From NCBI GenBank assembly GCA_963520865.1, contig CAUQST010000009.1, positions 17,557 through 81,556 on the forward strand: a DNA stretch of 64,000 nt, given 5' to 3'. The notes below the pieces were generated by a model. It saw only the letters and a list, made by a program, of their open reading frames with translations. It did no database searches and was not told where the DNA came from. Shown here piece after piece: positions 8,982-18,850 of the stretch. Positions within the stretch are counted from its first letter, which is position 1. Each line of letters starts with the position of its first letter. This DNA comes from an uncultured Comamonas sp. (GTDB taxonomy: Bacteria; Pseudomonadota; Gammaproteobacteria; Burkholderiales; Burkholderiaceae_C). The position numbers were made by a program, and so were the translations under genes.

Positions 8982-9495
8982 CCTCAGTTGCGCGGGGCTT
9001 ACGCTTGCCTCGCAGTTCCATCACCAGTTCATCGCAGAACGCAATGAAGAAGATGAGCGTTCCCAGTGCCATGAAAATTTGTGGAATCCACAGCGGAGTG
9101 GCATCAATGCCAACGGAAATATCATCAATTTCCCAAGACTGCCAAACTAGGCGGCTGGCATAAAAGGCCAGAAAACCAGCCAGCAGCGTGGCGATCGTCA
9201 AGGCTGTTACTTCCAGTGCTTTGTGGGCTTTGCCTTTGAGCATGCCCAGCACCAGCGTGACGCGAATGTGCTCGCCGGCTTTGAGCGTGCTGGCCAAAGC
9301 CATGAAGCCAGCGCCTGCCATGGCATATCCGGCATAGGCATCGGTGCCGGGGGCTGCGAACCCAAAGGAACGGCTGACAATGGTGAGCAGCACCATGAGC
9401 AGCACTCCTATCATCGAAATGCCTGCCAGCCAAGCGCTGGCGGCATAGAGACCATCAAGCAATCTGCGCATCGCAAATGTCCTTCGTGTTGCCAA
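8965..9495 (-). CDS. dctQ: TRAP transporter small permease (DctQ family)
   Basis: 176-aa ORF with 4 predicted TM helices, positioned between the DctP and DctM genes. The start may be the internal Met at 9471. Confidence 0.85.
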   Translation of the reverse strand: MATRRTFAMRRLLDGLYAASAWLAGISMIGVLLMVLLTIVSRSFGFAAPGTDAYAGYAMAGAGFMALASTLKAGEHIRVTLVLGMLKGKAHKALEVTALTIATLLAGFLAFYASRLVWQSWEIDDISVGIDATPLWIPQIFMALGTLIFFIAFCDELVMELRGKRKPRATEDAHHE

Positions 9496-9586
9496 TGTGG
9501 GCGTTCACGGAAATGCATGGGAAAACAAAAATGCCCTTGAACGGCAAGGCGCTGTAGCAAGGGCAAAAAATACAACCTGAGTCTAA

Positions 9587-10570
9587 TTACTTGGATGCTT
9601 TGAAAGTGTCCACGATGGTTTTACCGTCAGGGCCAGCTTTTTCCAGCCATTCCTTGATAACGATATCCCCCACCTTGGCCAAATCTGCCTTCAGTTGCGC
9701 AGAGGGCTCTTCTACGCTGACACCGCCAGCTTTGAGGGTGGCAATTGAGCGGGCATCCACTTCGCGCGATTCTTTCCAGCCACGCTCTTCGGCAGCATGG
9801 GCGGCTTTCAGCACGGCGTCTTGTTCTGGTTTGCCCAGCGCATTGAAGGCTTTCTTGCTCACGACAACGGCGTTTTTGGGAATCCAGGCTTGCACGTTGT
9901 AGTAGTACTTCAGGTTCTCAAACAGCTTGTTATCTGCACCTGTGGCGCTGGAGGTGATCAAGCCTTCAACCACGCCTGTTGCCAATGCTTGAGACAGTTC
10001 AGCCTCTTGAATGGTGACGGGCTGCGCGCCCACCAGTTCACCAATGCGGGCGGTGGTGGGGGAGTAGACGCGCCATTTCATGCCCTTGAGGTCAGCGGCT
10101 GAGCTGATGGGTTTCTTGGTGTAGATACCTTGTGGGGGCCATGCGATGGAATACAGCAAAACCTGTCCTTGTTTGTCCAGCAGCTTTTGCAGCAATGGCT
10201 TTTGCGCTTGGTACAGCTTGAAGGCTTCGTCGTAGTTGCTGGCCAGGAAAGGCAAACCATCTGCGCCAAAGATTTGTGATTCGTTCTGGAAACTCACCAA
10301 AAAGAACTCACCCATCTGTGCATTGCCAGTTTGTACGGCACGCTTGATTTCAGGCATCTTGAACAGCGATGCGCCAAAGTGCGGCGTGATCTTGAGCTTG
10401 CCCTGGGTGGCCGCGTCCACGTCCTTGATAAATTGCTCGTTGTTCTTGGAGTGGAAATTGTGGGCTGGATAGGCTGTGGCGAAATCCCACTTGGTCTGTG
10501 CAGCGGCTGTGCCGCTAAAACCGATGCTGGCCACGAGAGTGGCTGTGGCACAAAAAATTCGACGCTTCAT
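9587..10570 (-). CDS. dctP: TRAP transporter periplasmic substrate-binding protein (DctP family)
   Basis: 327-aa ORF with a signal peptide (MKRRIFCATATLVASIGFSGTAAAQ) and a DctP-family body (KWDFATAYPAHNFHSKNNEQFIKDV...). Confidence 0.9.
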   Translation of the reverse strand: MKRRIFCATATLVASIGFSGTAAAQTKWDFATAYPAHNFHSKNNEQFIKDVDAATQGKLKITPHFGASLFKMPEIKRAVQTGNAQMGEFFLVSFQNESQIFGADGLPFLASNYDEAFKLYQAQKPLLQKLLDKQGQVLLYSIAWPPQGIYTKKPISSAADLKGMKWRVYSPTTARIGELVGAQPVTIQEAELSQALATGVVEGLITSSATGADNKLFENLKYYYNVQAWIPKNAVVVSKKAFNALGKPEQDAVLKAAHAAEERGWKESREVDARSIATLKAGGVSVEEPSAQLKADLAKVGDIVIKEWLEKAGPDGKTIVDTFKASK

Positions 10571-10764
10571 GGATGGCTCCTTGCAAAGGGTGGCAATGAA
10601 GGTGGCTGGGCAGATCTCGGAAAGATGCTGCAGCCCCTTGTCTCAGTGTTATAGGCAAATCGCGTGCCAAAAGTACCACCGTCATTGAAAGATGACCATC
10701 AGGGATTTCAACAATACATAGTATTTGTGGGTGATGTAGCGTTACGTTGTTGGTTGTTTTTGTA

Positions 10765-10780
10765 TTGATTGTTCAATCAA
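10765..10780. promoter_or_regulatory. palindromic operator candidate upstream of dctP (TTGATTG-TT-CAATCAA)
   Basis: A perfect 7-2-7 inverted repeat between the GntR-gene stop (10839) and the dctP start (10570). It has the same half-sites as the palindrome at 11538-11556. Confidence 0.55.
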
Positions 10781-10838
10781 GCTTGGTGCATTGTTCTTTG
10801 TTTGCCCAAATTTGGTGCAATTCATGCTTCGTAATGGT

Positions 10839-11510
10839 TCAGGGAAGGTGCCGTGCGTACACGGCAAGAACCATGCGTTCGGATTGAACAAGGTAAGTCT
10901 CCAGCTCGCGTGCAGCGGCAGCGGTCTGGCCTTCGATGAACATTTGCAGCAGGCGTGCGTTGAGGTCGACATAGGGAGCGTGCAGGTATTCGGCGTCATC
11001 GAGCATGCCGAAGGCCAGGCGCAGTTCTGCGGTCAGGTCTTCAAACATGGCGGACAGGCGGTCGCTGTCACTCAAAGCCACGATGGCGGCATGAAAAGCC
11101 ATGTTGGCAGAGCCCACGCGGCGCCAGTCTTTGGCATCGCGGGCTTGTTGGGCGTCTTGGACAGCCTCGCGCATGCGTTTGTGCGAAGGGTGCAGGGGCC
11201 ATGCTTTTTCCAGTGCAGGGCACTCGATGAGGCGGCGTACGCGGTAGATGTCAATGATGTCTGCAATAGATGGAACAACTACGGAGACGCCCCGATTGGG
11301 TTCGTGGCGCAGCAGCCCCTCTTTGATGAGGATGCGGAACACTTCTCGCAAGGTGTTGCGTGAAATGTCCAGCTGCTGGCTCAGTGCCGCTTCTGACAGA
11401 TGCTGTCCGGCACGCAGCTCGCCGTGGATCAGTTGCTGGCGAATGTTGCTGGCGACGGTGTCGGTCAGGCTGGTGGGAGTGGTGCTGGTAGAAAAGTGCC
11501 GAGACTGCAT
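10839..11510 (-). CDS. GntR-family transcriptional regulator (FadR/FCD-type C-terminal domain)
   Basis: ORF track 10839..11552. It has a winged-HTH (LSEAALSQQLDISRNTLREVFRILIKEGLL) and a helical FCD-like C-terminus. I prefer the ATG at 11510 because the longer form would overlap the 11538-11556 operator palindrome. The start remains uncertain. Confidence 0.85.
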   Translation of the reverse strand: MQSRHFSTSTTPTSLTDTVASNIRQQLIHGELRAGQHLSEAALSQQLDISRNTLREVFRILIKEGLLRHEPNRGVSVVVPSIADIIDIYRVRRLIECPALEKAWPLHPSHKRMREAVQDAQQARDAKDWRRVGSANMAFHAAIVALSDSDRLSAMFEDLTAELRLAFGMLDDAEYLHAPYVDLNARLLQMFIEGQTAAAARELETYLVQSERMVLAVYARHLP

Positions 11511-11537
11511 GGTGAAGATGCTGGTAAGGAATTTGCT

Positions 11538-11556
11538 TTGATTGTTCAACAATCAA
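11538..11556. promoter_or_regulatory. palindromic operator candidate in the gntR/pxpA divergent region (TTGATTGTT-C-AACAATCAA)
   Basis: A perfect 9-1-9 inverted repeat, 31 nt upstream of the pxpA ATG. It contains the GT-N-AC core typical of GntR-family operators. Confidence 0.6.
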
Positions 11557-11586
11557 GATGTGGTGTTTGAAGAAAGAGGATACAAG

Positions 11587-12345
11587 ATGGACATCAACAG
11601 TGATCTGGGTGAAAGCTATGGGGCATGGCGCATGGGTGACGATGCAGCCATGCTGGATATCGTGAGCAGTGCCAATGTGGCATGCGGCTTTCATGCCGGA
11701 GACCCCGCCGGCATCTTGCAAACGCTCAAGCAAGCCGCTGCACGTGGTGTGGCGGTGGGGGCGCATGTGGCCTATCCCGATTTGGCAGGTTTTGGCCGCC
11801 GCAATATGGACCCCAGCAGCGCCGAGCTGGTGGGTGATGTGATCTACCAGATTGGTGCCTTGCAAGGGCTGGCCACGGCTGCGGGTACGCGTGTACGTTA
11901 CGTCAAGCCCCACGGTGCGCTGTACAACACCATTGCGCAGGACGCCCGCCAGGCGGGGGATGTGATAGAGGCCATTCAGGCGGTGGACCCGCAACTGACA
12001 CTGATGGCGCTGGCGGGTGCTCCGCTGATTGAGTGGGCCAAAGAGCGTGGCTTGCGTGTGGTGGCAGAAGCCTTTGCCGACCGCGCCTACAACGAAGACG
12101 GCTCTTTGGTGTCCCGCCGTCTGCCGGGGGCCGTACTGCATGACCCCCAGCAGGTTGCGCAGCGCATGCTGCAACTGGTGCAAACCGGTGAGATTGAAAC
12201 CATCACTGGCAAACGTATTCGCCTGCAAGCAGACTCTATCTGTGTGCATGGTGACAGCCCCGGTGCGGTAGAGATGGCGCGTTGCATGCGCGAACGCCTG
12301 CTGCAGGCGGGCGTGAGCCTGCAGCCTTTTGTGTCGATGGCGTGA
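11587..12345 (+). CDS. pxpA: 5-oxoprolinase subunit A (LamB/YcsF family)
   Basis: [40 protein letters not shown] is the family signature. The ATG at 11587 is preceded by gaaagagga. The ORF-track start at 11542 is a TTG inside the operator palindrome. Confidence 0.9.
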   Translation: MDINSDLGESYGAWRMGDDAAMLDIVSSANVACGFHAGDPAGILQTLKQAAARGVAVGAHVAYPDLAGFGRRNMDPSSAELVGDVIYQIGALQGLATAAGTRVRYVKPHGALYNTIAQDARQAGDVIEAIQAVDPQLTLMALAGAPLIEWAKERGLRVVAEAFADRAYNEDGSLVSRRLPGAVLHDPQQVAQRMLQLVQTGEIETITGKRIRLQADSICVHGDSPGAVEMARCMRERLLQAGVSLQPFVSMA

Positions 12346-12356
12346 AGGACTGCAGC

Positions 12357-13973
12357 ATGCGATTTTTGCCAGCCAGTGACAAAGCGTTGCTGGTCGAATT
12401 GGATGATTTGGCGCAGACCATGACCTTGTATAGGCACGTGGCTGCGCAGCGCTTGCCGGGTGTGCAGGAGTTGGTGCCCGCTGCGCGAACCTTGCTGGTG
12501 CACTTTGAGCCGCATGTGATTAGCCCATCGAGCTTGATCGACATCTTGCGGGCGCTCGGCGCGCAGGCGGCGCAGGCGCTGCAAAGCGCAGAGGCGGTGC
12601 AGGGGCGTTTGGTGGACATTCCTGTGCGTTACACCGGAGAAGATTTACCCGATGTGGCCGAGCTGCTTGGAATCTCTGTGGCGCAGGTGATTGAGCGGCA
12701 CACCGCGCAACCTTATGACGCAGCTTTCGCAGGCTTCGCCCCGGGGTTTGTCTACCTGTCTGGCGGGGCCAATTTTCAGATACCTCGGCGTCAATCGCCT
12801 CGCACCAAGGTGCCTGCAGGATCGGTGGCTTTGGGCGGGAACTTCAGCGCCGTCTATCCCAGCGCCAGCCCAGGGGGCTGGCAGCTCATTGGCGTGACAG
12901 ATGTACCGATGTGGGATCTGCAGCGGCCTGAACCCGCCTATGTGCAACCGGGCTTTCGTGTGCAGTTTGTCGATGCCGCGCGCAAGGTGACGCAGGTGCA
13001 TTTGCCTGCGCATAACAACATTCAGTCAAAACAACCTCCAGCGCAATCACAGCAAGCGCAGACAGCTATTGAATTTGTTTCTGCCGGCTTGCAAACGCTG
13101 GTGCAGGATGGTGGGCGCCATGGCATGTCGGGGCTGGGCATTTCTGCCTCTGGGGCGCTGGATACCGTGGCCATGCACCAGGCCAACCGGCTGGTGGGCA
13201 ACCCTGTAGCCACGCCGGTGCTGGAAAACGTGCTGGGCCATATGCGGTTGCGCAGCCATGGTGCAACCACCGTAGCCATCACGGGCGCGCAAGCGTCGTT
13301 GACCGTGCACAGTGCCCAAGGTGGCGCATGGCCTGTCGCAGCTTATGCGCCAGTGGCCTTGAATGATGGGGATGTGCTGCAACTGCATGCCCCCACCGCA
13401 GGTGTGCGCAGCTACCTTGCTGTGCGCGGCGGGTGGCAGGTTGAGCCGGTATTGGGTAGCTGTGCCACCGACACCCTGGCCTTGATTGGCCCTGCACCCC
13501 TGCAAAGTGGGCAGCGTGTGCCAGTCGGCAGTGCCGTTGCTCCAGCAGATTTGCGCCCGGTACAGCTCTACTGCTTGCCAACCATCGTTTTACCCAAAGC
13601 GGGTGATGTGGTGGTGCTGGATGTGGTGCTGGGCCCGCGCACGGACTGGTTCACAGAGCAAGCGCTGCAGACCTTTGCGCAGCAGGAGTGGCTGGTGACG
13701 CCGCAAAGCAACCGCGTCGGCATCCGTGTGACAGGGGCGCAAGCTCTGGAGCGCAGCCGCCACGATGAGCTGCCCAGCGAAGGAACGGTTGCCGGGGCCA
13801 TTCAAGTGCCTATCAATGGGCAGCCTGTACTGTTTTTGGCCGACCATCCCCTCACGGGCGGCTACCCCGTCATTGCTGCGGTGTCCAGCTACCACCTGGG
13901 GCTGGCGGCACAAATTCCTGTGGGTTGCCGTATTCGTTTCAACATAGTGGCGCCGTTTTTTGACCAGCATTGA
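12357..13973 (+). CDS. fused PxpB-PxpC (KipI-like + KipA-like; allophanate hydrolase subunit 1/2 homologues)
   Basis: The N-terminal half ([17 protein letters not shown]...PGFVYLSGG...[13 protein letters not shown]) is PxpB/KipI-like. A Q-rich linker follows ([19 protein letters not shown]). The C-terminal half ([32 protein letters not shown]...[12 protein letters not shown]) is PxpC/KipA-like. Both lie in one uninterrupted frame. Confidence 0.88.
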   Translation: MRFLPASDKALLVELDDLAQTMTLYRHVAAQRLPGVQELVPAARTLLVHFEPHVISPSSLIDILRALGAQAAQALQSAEAVQGRLVDIPVRYTGEDLPDVAELLGISVAQVIERHTAQPYDAAFAGFAPGFVYLSGGANFQIPRRQSPRTKVPAGSVALGGNFSAVYPSASPGGWQLIGVTDVPMWDLQRPEPAYVQPGFRVQFVDAARKVTQVHLPAHNNIQSKQPPAQSQQAQTAIEFVSAGLQTLVQDGGRHGMSGLGISASGALDTVAMHQANRLVGNPVATPVLENVLGHMRLRSHGATTVAITGAQASLTVHSAQGGAWPVAAYAPVALNDGDVLQLHAPTAGVRSYLAVRGGWQVEPVLGSCATDTLALIGPAPLQSGQRVPVGSAVAPADLRPVQLYCLPTIVLPKAGDVVVLDVVLGPRTDWFTEQALQTFAQQEWLVTPQSNRVGIRVTGAQALERSRHDELPSEGTVAGAIQVPINGQPVLFLADHPLTGGYPVIAAVSSYHLGLAAQIPVGCRIRFNIVAPFFDQH

Positions 13974-14017
13974 TATTGAGCGCTGACCCAGACATTGGGG
14001 GGCGCGAAAGGAAGACG

Positions 14018-15748
14018 ATGATTCGCAAAGTTTTGATTGCCAACCGTGGCGAAATTGCCGTTCGCATTGCCCGTGCCTGCAAAGACTACGGCGTGGCTTC
14101 GGTAGCCGTGTATGCCGACCCTGATGCGGATGCGCTGCATGTACGCGCTGCCGATGAAGCATGGGCGTTGCATGGTGTGCGCTCTGCCGAGACGTATCTG
14201 GACATTGCCAAGCTGCTGGCTATTGCCAAGCAAAGCGGGGCAGATGCCGTGCACCCTGGCTACGGTTTTTTGTCGGAGCGCGCCGAGTTCGCACGGGCAG
14301 TGATGGATGCCGGTTTGGTATGGATTGGCCCCCGTCCCGAAACGATTGAAGCTCTGGGCGACAAGGTAGCGGCACGCAAGATTGCATTGCAGGTTGGTGC
14401 GCCTTTGGTGGCCGGCACGGCAGAGCCGGTGCAAAGCGCCCAAGAAGTCGTGAGCTTTGCCAAGACACACGGTTTCCCGGTGGCCATTAAAGCGGCCTTT
14501 GGTGGCGGAGGCCGTGGCCTGAAGGTGGCGTGGCAGATGGAGGAAGTGGCCGAGCTGTATGAATCTGCGGTACGTGAGGCCACAGCCGCCTTTGGTCGTG
14601 GGGAATGCTTTTTGGAGCAATTTCTGGATCGCCCCCGCCACATTGAGGCACAAATTTTGGCTGATCAGCACGGTCACGTCGTCGTGGTGGGTACGCGCGA
14701 TTGCTCCCTGCAGCGGCGCAACCAGAAGCTGGTAGAAGAAGCTCCGGCACCTTTCCTGAGCGATGCGCAGCGCAGCAGCATTCACCAGTCTGCACGCGAC
14801 ATTTGCGCGGCGGCTGGCTATGTGAGCGCGGGCACGGTGGAGTTTTTACTCAGTCGTGGCGGGCAAATCTCTTTTCTGGAAGTCAATACGCGCTTGCAGG
14901 TGGAGCACCCGGTGACCGAAGAAACCACGGGCGTGGATCTGGTGCTGGAGCAACTGCGCATTGCCGATGGATTGCCTCTATCGTTCACCGAAACACCAGC
15001 TCCTCGCGGACACAGCATTGAGTTTCGAATCAATGCGGAAGACCCCGGGCGCGGTTATCTGCCAACGCCGGGGTGTATTCATCGGTTTGCTGCGCCCAGC
15101 GGCCCCGGTGTGCGCGTGGACAGTGGTGTTGTTTCAGGCAGCACCGTACCAGGCAGTTTTGACTCCATGATGGCCAAACTCATCGTCACGGGTGCAACGC
15201 GTGAGCAGGCATTGGCGCGTGCCCGCCGTGCCTTGCATGAGTTTGATATTGAAGGTGTTGCGTCGGTCTTGCCGTTTCACCGGGCAGTAGTCAGTGATGC
15301 CGCATTTACCGCTGAGCATGGCTTTGGCGTGCATACGCGCTGGATTGAAACCGAAATGCAGCAATCCTGGGCGGCAGCACCGCGCCCCAATGCCGTGCCT
15401 GATGCGCCCCTGCATCGCAGTTGCATTGAGATTGATGGCAAACGGGTGGTACTGGGCCTGCCTGCCAATTTGCTGCAGGGTTTGGGCAGCGCTGGCAATG
15501 TGCAAGCTAGCGCTGCACCGCTTGTCCCCGCTGTGCACAGTGGGGACCTGGTGGCCCCTATGGCCGGCAGCTTGATTGCATGGAAGGTGCTGGAAGGTGC
15601 CCAAGTGCGCGAAGGGGATGTGCTGGCGCTGATCGAGTCTATGAAGATGGAAACCCCCATCCTTGCCACTGCGCACGGCACGATTCGAATCCAGGTGCAG
15701 GCCGGTGCAGTTTTGCAAGCAGGTCAGGTGATTGCCAAAGTAGCCTGA
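14018..15748 (+). CDS. biotin carboxylase fused to a biotin carboxyl carrier domain (acyl-CoA/urea-carboxylase alpha-type)
   Basis: [25 protein letters not shown], the ATP-grasp GGGGRG motif and [14 protein letters not shown] identify the BC part. The C-terminal biotinyl domain carries [12 protein letters not shown] (MKM lysine motif). The RBS gaaaggaag precedes the ATG at 14018. Confidence 0.9.
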   Translation: MIRKVLIANRGEIAVRIARACKDYGVASVAVYADPDADALHVRAADEAWALHGVRSAETYLDIAKLLAIAKQSGADAVHPGYGFLSERAEFARAVMDAGLVWIGPRPETIEALGDKVAARKIALQVGAPLVAGTAEPVQSAQEVVSFAKTHGFPVAIKAAFGGGGRGLKVAWQMEEVAELYESAVREATAAFGRGECFLEQFLDRPRHIEAQILADQHGHVVVVGTRDCSLQRRNQKLVEEAPAPFLSDAQRSSIHQSARDICAAAGYVSAGTVEFLLSRGGQISFLEVNTRLQVEHPVTEETTGVDLVLEQLRIADGLPLSFTETPAPRGHSIEFRINAEDPGRGYLPTPGCIHRFAAPSGPGVRVDSGVVSGSTVPGSFDSMMAKLIVTGATREQALARARRALHEFDIEGVASVLPFHRAVVSDAAFTAEHGFGVHTRWIETEMQQSWAAAPRPNAVPDAPLHRSCIEIDGKRVVLGLPANLLQGLGSAGNVQASAAPLVPAVHSGDLVAPMAGSLIAWKVLEGAQVREGDVLALIESMKMETPILATAHGTIRIQVQAGAVLQAGQVIAKVA

Positions 15749-15823
15749 TGTAGTGAGCTGCGCGAGGTCGGGGCAAAGCGTCGGTACAAGCCGGCGTACT
15801 CTTTGCCTCGGCCATCGCGGGCA

Positions 15824-16273
15824 TTAAAAAAAGTAGCTATACGCAGCAGTGATCCAGGCCCCTGCGCACAGCAGCAGTGCAATGAACACGGCAGCACTGC
15901 CAAAGTCTTTTGCTTTTTTAGACAGTGCATGCCACTCCAGACCGACGCGGTCTACCGTCGCTTCAACGGCTGAGTTCAGCAGTTCGGCGACCAAGACCAA
16001 GCATACCGTTGCGATCAGTATGAATACCTCCACCCAGCTTTGGCCGAGCCAGCAGGCGGCGGGCATGAGTACCACGGCTAGGCAGGCTTCCTGGCGGAAT
16101 GCTTTTTCCTGCCATGCAGCCCGTAGACCCTGCAGCGAATACAAGGTGGCGTGCCAGATGCGCTTGAGGCCTGTGCGATTTTTCTGAGGATTGGCATCGC
16201 CGGCAAGCGCCTGCTGTGGTGCGGCTGCTTGCAGGCAGTTGCCTGCCTGGGTGAGAGGTGTATGTGACATCAC
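15824..16273 (-). CDS. dgkA: diacylglycerol kinase
   Basis: 149-aa ORF with WHATLYSLQGLRAAWQEKAFRQE...VAELLNSAVEATVDR...AKDFGSAAV, the DgkA family pattern. It starts 9 nt after the eptA stop. Confidence 0.88.
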   Translation of the reverse strand: MMSHTPLTQAGNCLQAAAPQQALAGDANPQKNRTGLKRIWHATLYSLQGLRAAWQEKAFRQEACLAVVLMPAACWLGQSWVEVFILIATVCLVLVAELLNSAVEATVDRVGLEWHALSKKAKDFGSAAVFIALLLCAGAWITAAYSYFF

Positions 16274-16282
16274 GGATGGCCA

Positions 16283-18058
16283 TTAACTGATGGATTTGGG
16301 TGTGGCAGGCCTGCAGTTTTGCAGTGCATCGCGTGCGCTTTGGTAGCTGTTGCTACGGACATCCAAGAGCCCCAGCACGGTGTGATAAAAATTATCATGT
16401 GTCAGTGCCTGGTCCAAATCTTGACGCACACACGATTCGTTGACGCGTGTGCGGCTGAGCAGGGAGCCGGGCCACAAAACCCAAGGCACATGTTTTTGCG
16501 CTTGCGGCGCAATCACGTAGGGCAATCCATGCAAGTAAAGACCATTTTCACCCAGTGACTCTCCGTGGTCTGAGAGGTAAATCAGGCCAGTTTCGTAACG
16601 GTCTTGCTGGGTTTTGAGCCAATCAATGGTGCGGGCCACAAAATGATCGGTTTCCACCATGCTGTTGTCATACACATTCACCAGCTGGCCGCGGCTGCAG
16701 TCTGAGGTGACATTGGTTGTGCACTCTGGTTGAAAGTGTTTGCTGGGCTGCGAAGAGCGGCGGTAATAGGCGGGGCCATGGCTGCCCATTTGATGCAATA
16801 CCAAGACGGTGCCATTGTTTTTGCCATGGCTGTTGACCGTTTGCAGTCGCTCGTTCAAAAGCTCCGCCATCAACTGGTCCAGGCATTCACCGTCTTTGCA
16901 CCAGCGTTCAACCAAGGCTTTGCTCGCTACCTGGTCTGCCTGCGCATGCGAGATGCGATTGCAGACGTCTTTGCAGCCTGCTTGGTTGTCCAGCCAGTCC
17001 ACGTTCAGCCCTGCGGCGTTCAGAACGTCGAGCAAATTTTCATATTCAAACTTGCGTGACTCAAAGCCACTTTTGCCCAAATGCGAAAACATGCAAGGCA
17101 CAGAAGCCAAGGTGTTGGTGCCACAAGACTGCACGTTGCGCCAGCTGATGACATGGCGTGCTTCCATCTCTGGCGTGGTATTGCGCGGGTAGCCATTCAA
17201 ACCAAAGTGGTCTGCACGCGTGGTTTCTCCCACAATCAAAACCAGCAAGGGCGGTTTGTTCCCGGATGCCGCAGCGGGCGCAGATGCGGCAGTCATGCCC
17301 ATGCCCTGCAAGCCATAGCTGCCACCCAGCGTGGCATCTTTGCTGATGGCTTGAAATGCCAGCGGCCGCTTGAACAAAGGCTTGAGCGTGACATGGCTGA
17401 AAGAGACGATGCTGGCCAGCGGATTGATGAGGTAACGAATCTCCGTGTGGTTGCGCACCAGCGGTGCCATGGGCTTGTACAGCAGCAAGCCACCACACAC
17501 CAAGACAGCGATATTGGTCAGGACCAGCAGTGCTGAACGCCACAGGTCGCGGCGCCATGCTGTGGATTGAAGCTCAACCCACCCGTACAGGGCCGCAATA
17601 GGCAGTCCTGCGTACAGCAAAACATGCACCAGCAAGCCACTGCTCATCAGGGCCAAACTTTCGCTGGTATTGGTTTGCAGCGTATTGCGCACCATGCTGC
17701 TGTCCATCACGATGCCGTAGTGCAGCATGAAATACTGCACCGATGCGGCTACCACCAGCGTCATGCTCCAGCCCACGCGCCGCACTTTGTGCCATGACAG
17801 CAGCATGAACCACAAATAGGTGGCTGCCGTGAGCACCAAAGCGGTCAGAGCCATCTGCCATGCGCTCAGGCTTTGTTCGCTGGAAAGCTCGGCCAATTTT
17901 CTCCACCAGGCCTGATTCAAGGCCAGGCTGCACCAGATGGCTAAGAGCATGGCGGCCCAGCGCGGGGCTATCGAGAAAGCAGGCAGGCGTGGAAGATGGA
18001 AGCTGTGACGGGTACTGGTGGGAACACCAAGAGGGGCAGGGGCGTGCAATTCAGTCAT
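16283..18058 (-). CDS. eptA: phosphoethanolamine--lipid A transferase (EptA/PmrC/MCR family)
   Basis: Five N-terminal TM helices plus a sulfatase-fold domain (LVLIVGETTRADHFGLNGY, HQMGSHGPAYYRR, YDNSMVETDHF, YLSDHGESLGENG). I prefer the ATG at 18058 (MTELHAP...) over the ORF-track start at 18157. Confidence 0.9.
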   Translation of the reverse strand: MTELHAPAPLGVPTSTRHSFHLPRLPAFSIAPRWAAMLLAIWCSLALNQAWWRKLAELSSEQSLSAWQMALTALVLTAATYLWFMLLSWHKVRRVGWSMTLVVAASVQYFMLHYGIVMDSSMVRNTLQTNTSESLALMSSGLLVHVLLYAGLPIAALYGWVELQSTAWRRDLWRSALLVLTNIAVLVCGGLLLYKPMAPLVRNHTEIRYLINPLASIVSFSHVTLKPLFKRPLAFQAISKDATLGGSYGLQGMGMTAASAPAAASGNKPPLLVLIVGETTRADHFGLNGYPRNTTPEMEARHVISWRNVQSCGTNTLASVPCMFSHLGKSGFESRKFEYENLLDVLNAAGLNVDWLDNQAGCKDVCNRISHAQADQVASKALVERWCKDGECLDQLMAELLNERLQTVNSHGKNNGTVLVLHQMGSHGPAYYRRSSQPSKHFQPECTTNVTSDCSRGQLVNVYDNSMVETDHFVARTIDWLKTQQDRYETGLIYLSDHGESLGENGLYLHGLPYVIAPQAQKHVPWVLWPGSLLSRTRVNESCVRQDLDQALTHDNFYHTVLGLLDVRSNSYQSARDALQNCRPATPKSIS

Positions 18059-18077
18059 GCGCTGCACTCTAAAAAAG

Positions 18078-18127
18078 CTGTCTGAATATCCCCTGAAGTT
18101 ACTGTTCAGACAGCGTTCAGCTTTCAG
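18078..18127. promoter_or_regulatory. CTGAA/TTCAG repeat array in the eptA / response-regulator divergent promoter (candidate RR binding sites)
   Basis: CTGAA occurs at 18082 and 18093 (11-bp period). The inverted TTCAG occurs at 18105, 18116 and 18123. The outer arms form a perfect 9-bp inverted repeat, ctgtctgaa (18078-86) / ttcagacag (18105-13). Confidence 0.35.
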
Positions 18128-18178
18128 TGCTTTTTCCGGGCCTTCTACACTGGGCACTTCATTCGATGGGGGCTGAAA

Positions 18179-18850
18179 TTGCGAATCCTCTTGGTAGAAG
18201 ACGATCGATCGCTTGGGCAGGCGGTATTAAGCTATTTGAAGAGCAAGCAGTTCAGCGTCGATTGGGCTGAAGATTTGCAGCAGGCGCGCGCCTTTGTAGC
18301 GACGACACACTATGCGGCCGTGCTCTTGGATTTGAACCTGCCAGATGGGGAAGGGCTGCATTTGTTGCCATTTCTGCATGCCGCTGCGCTTGCAGAAAAT
18401 GCACGCCCCACAGTGATTGTGGTGACAGCGCGGGACCAGGTCAGCGACCGTATCCGTGGGCTGGACGCAGGCGCAGATGACTATCTGGTCAAACCTTACG
18501 ACCCCGAAGAACTGCTGGCCCGGCTGCGCGCCATTGAGCGGCGCAGAGGGGCGCAAAACAGCTCCGTGTTGCAATGTGCCGAAGTGACCATTGACTTGGC
18601 GCGGGAGTCTGTGCGCAAAGGAATGTCTCCCATCATATTGACGCCAAAGGAATGGGCCTTGCTGCGTGTACTGGCCAGCCGCCCGGGGCAAATCTTCACC
18701 CGTGAGCGTTTGCAAGAAGCGCTTTATCAGTGGGATGCCAGCAGCGACAGCAATACGCTGGAAGTTTTCATCAGCCGCCTGCGTCGCAAACTGGGTAGTG
18801 CCTTGATTGAAACCGTACGCGGTACGGGCTATCGGTTGCTTGCGCAATGA
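18179..18850 (+). CDS. OmpR/PhoB-family response regulator
   Basis: 223-aa ORF with a TTG start. The receiver domain has MRILLVEDD...LLDLNLPDGEG...KP, and the winged-helix output has LTPKEWALLRVLASRPGQIFTRERL...RGTGYRL. Confidence 0.92.
   Translation: MRILLVEDDRSLGQAVLSYLKSKQFSVDWAEDLQQARAFVATTHYAAVLLDLNLPDGEGLHLLPFLHAAALAENARPTVIVVTARDQVSDRIRGLDAGADDYLVKPYDPEELLARLRAIERRRGAQNSSVLQCAEVTIDLARESVRKGMSPIILTPKEWALLRVLASRPGQIFTRERLQEALYQWDASSDSNTLEVFISRLRRKLGSALIETVRGTGYRLLAQ

Noticed and set aside
12282-12356. The 25-codon N-terminal extension of the pxpBC ORF overlapping the end of pxpA, which could suggest a pxpA-pxpB translational fusion or frameshift.
   Set aside because: The frame differs from pxpA, and pxpA has its own stop at 12345. 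The family-typical N-terminus MRFLPASD begins at the ATG at 12357. The extension is just open frame upstream of the real start.
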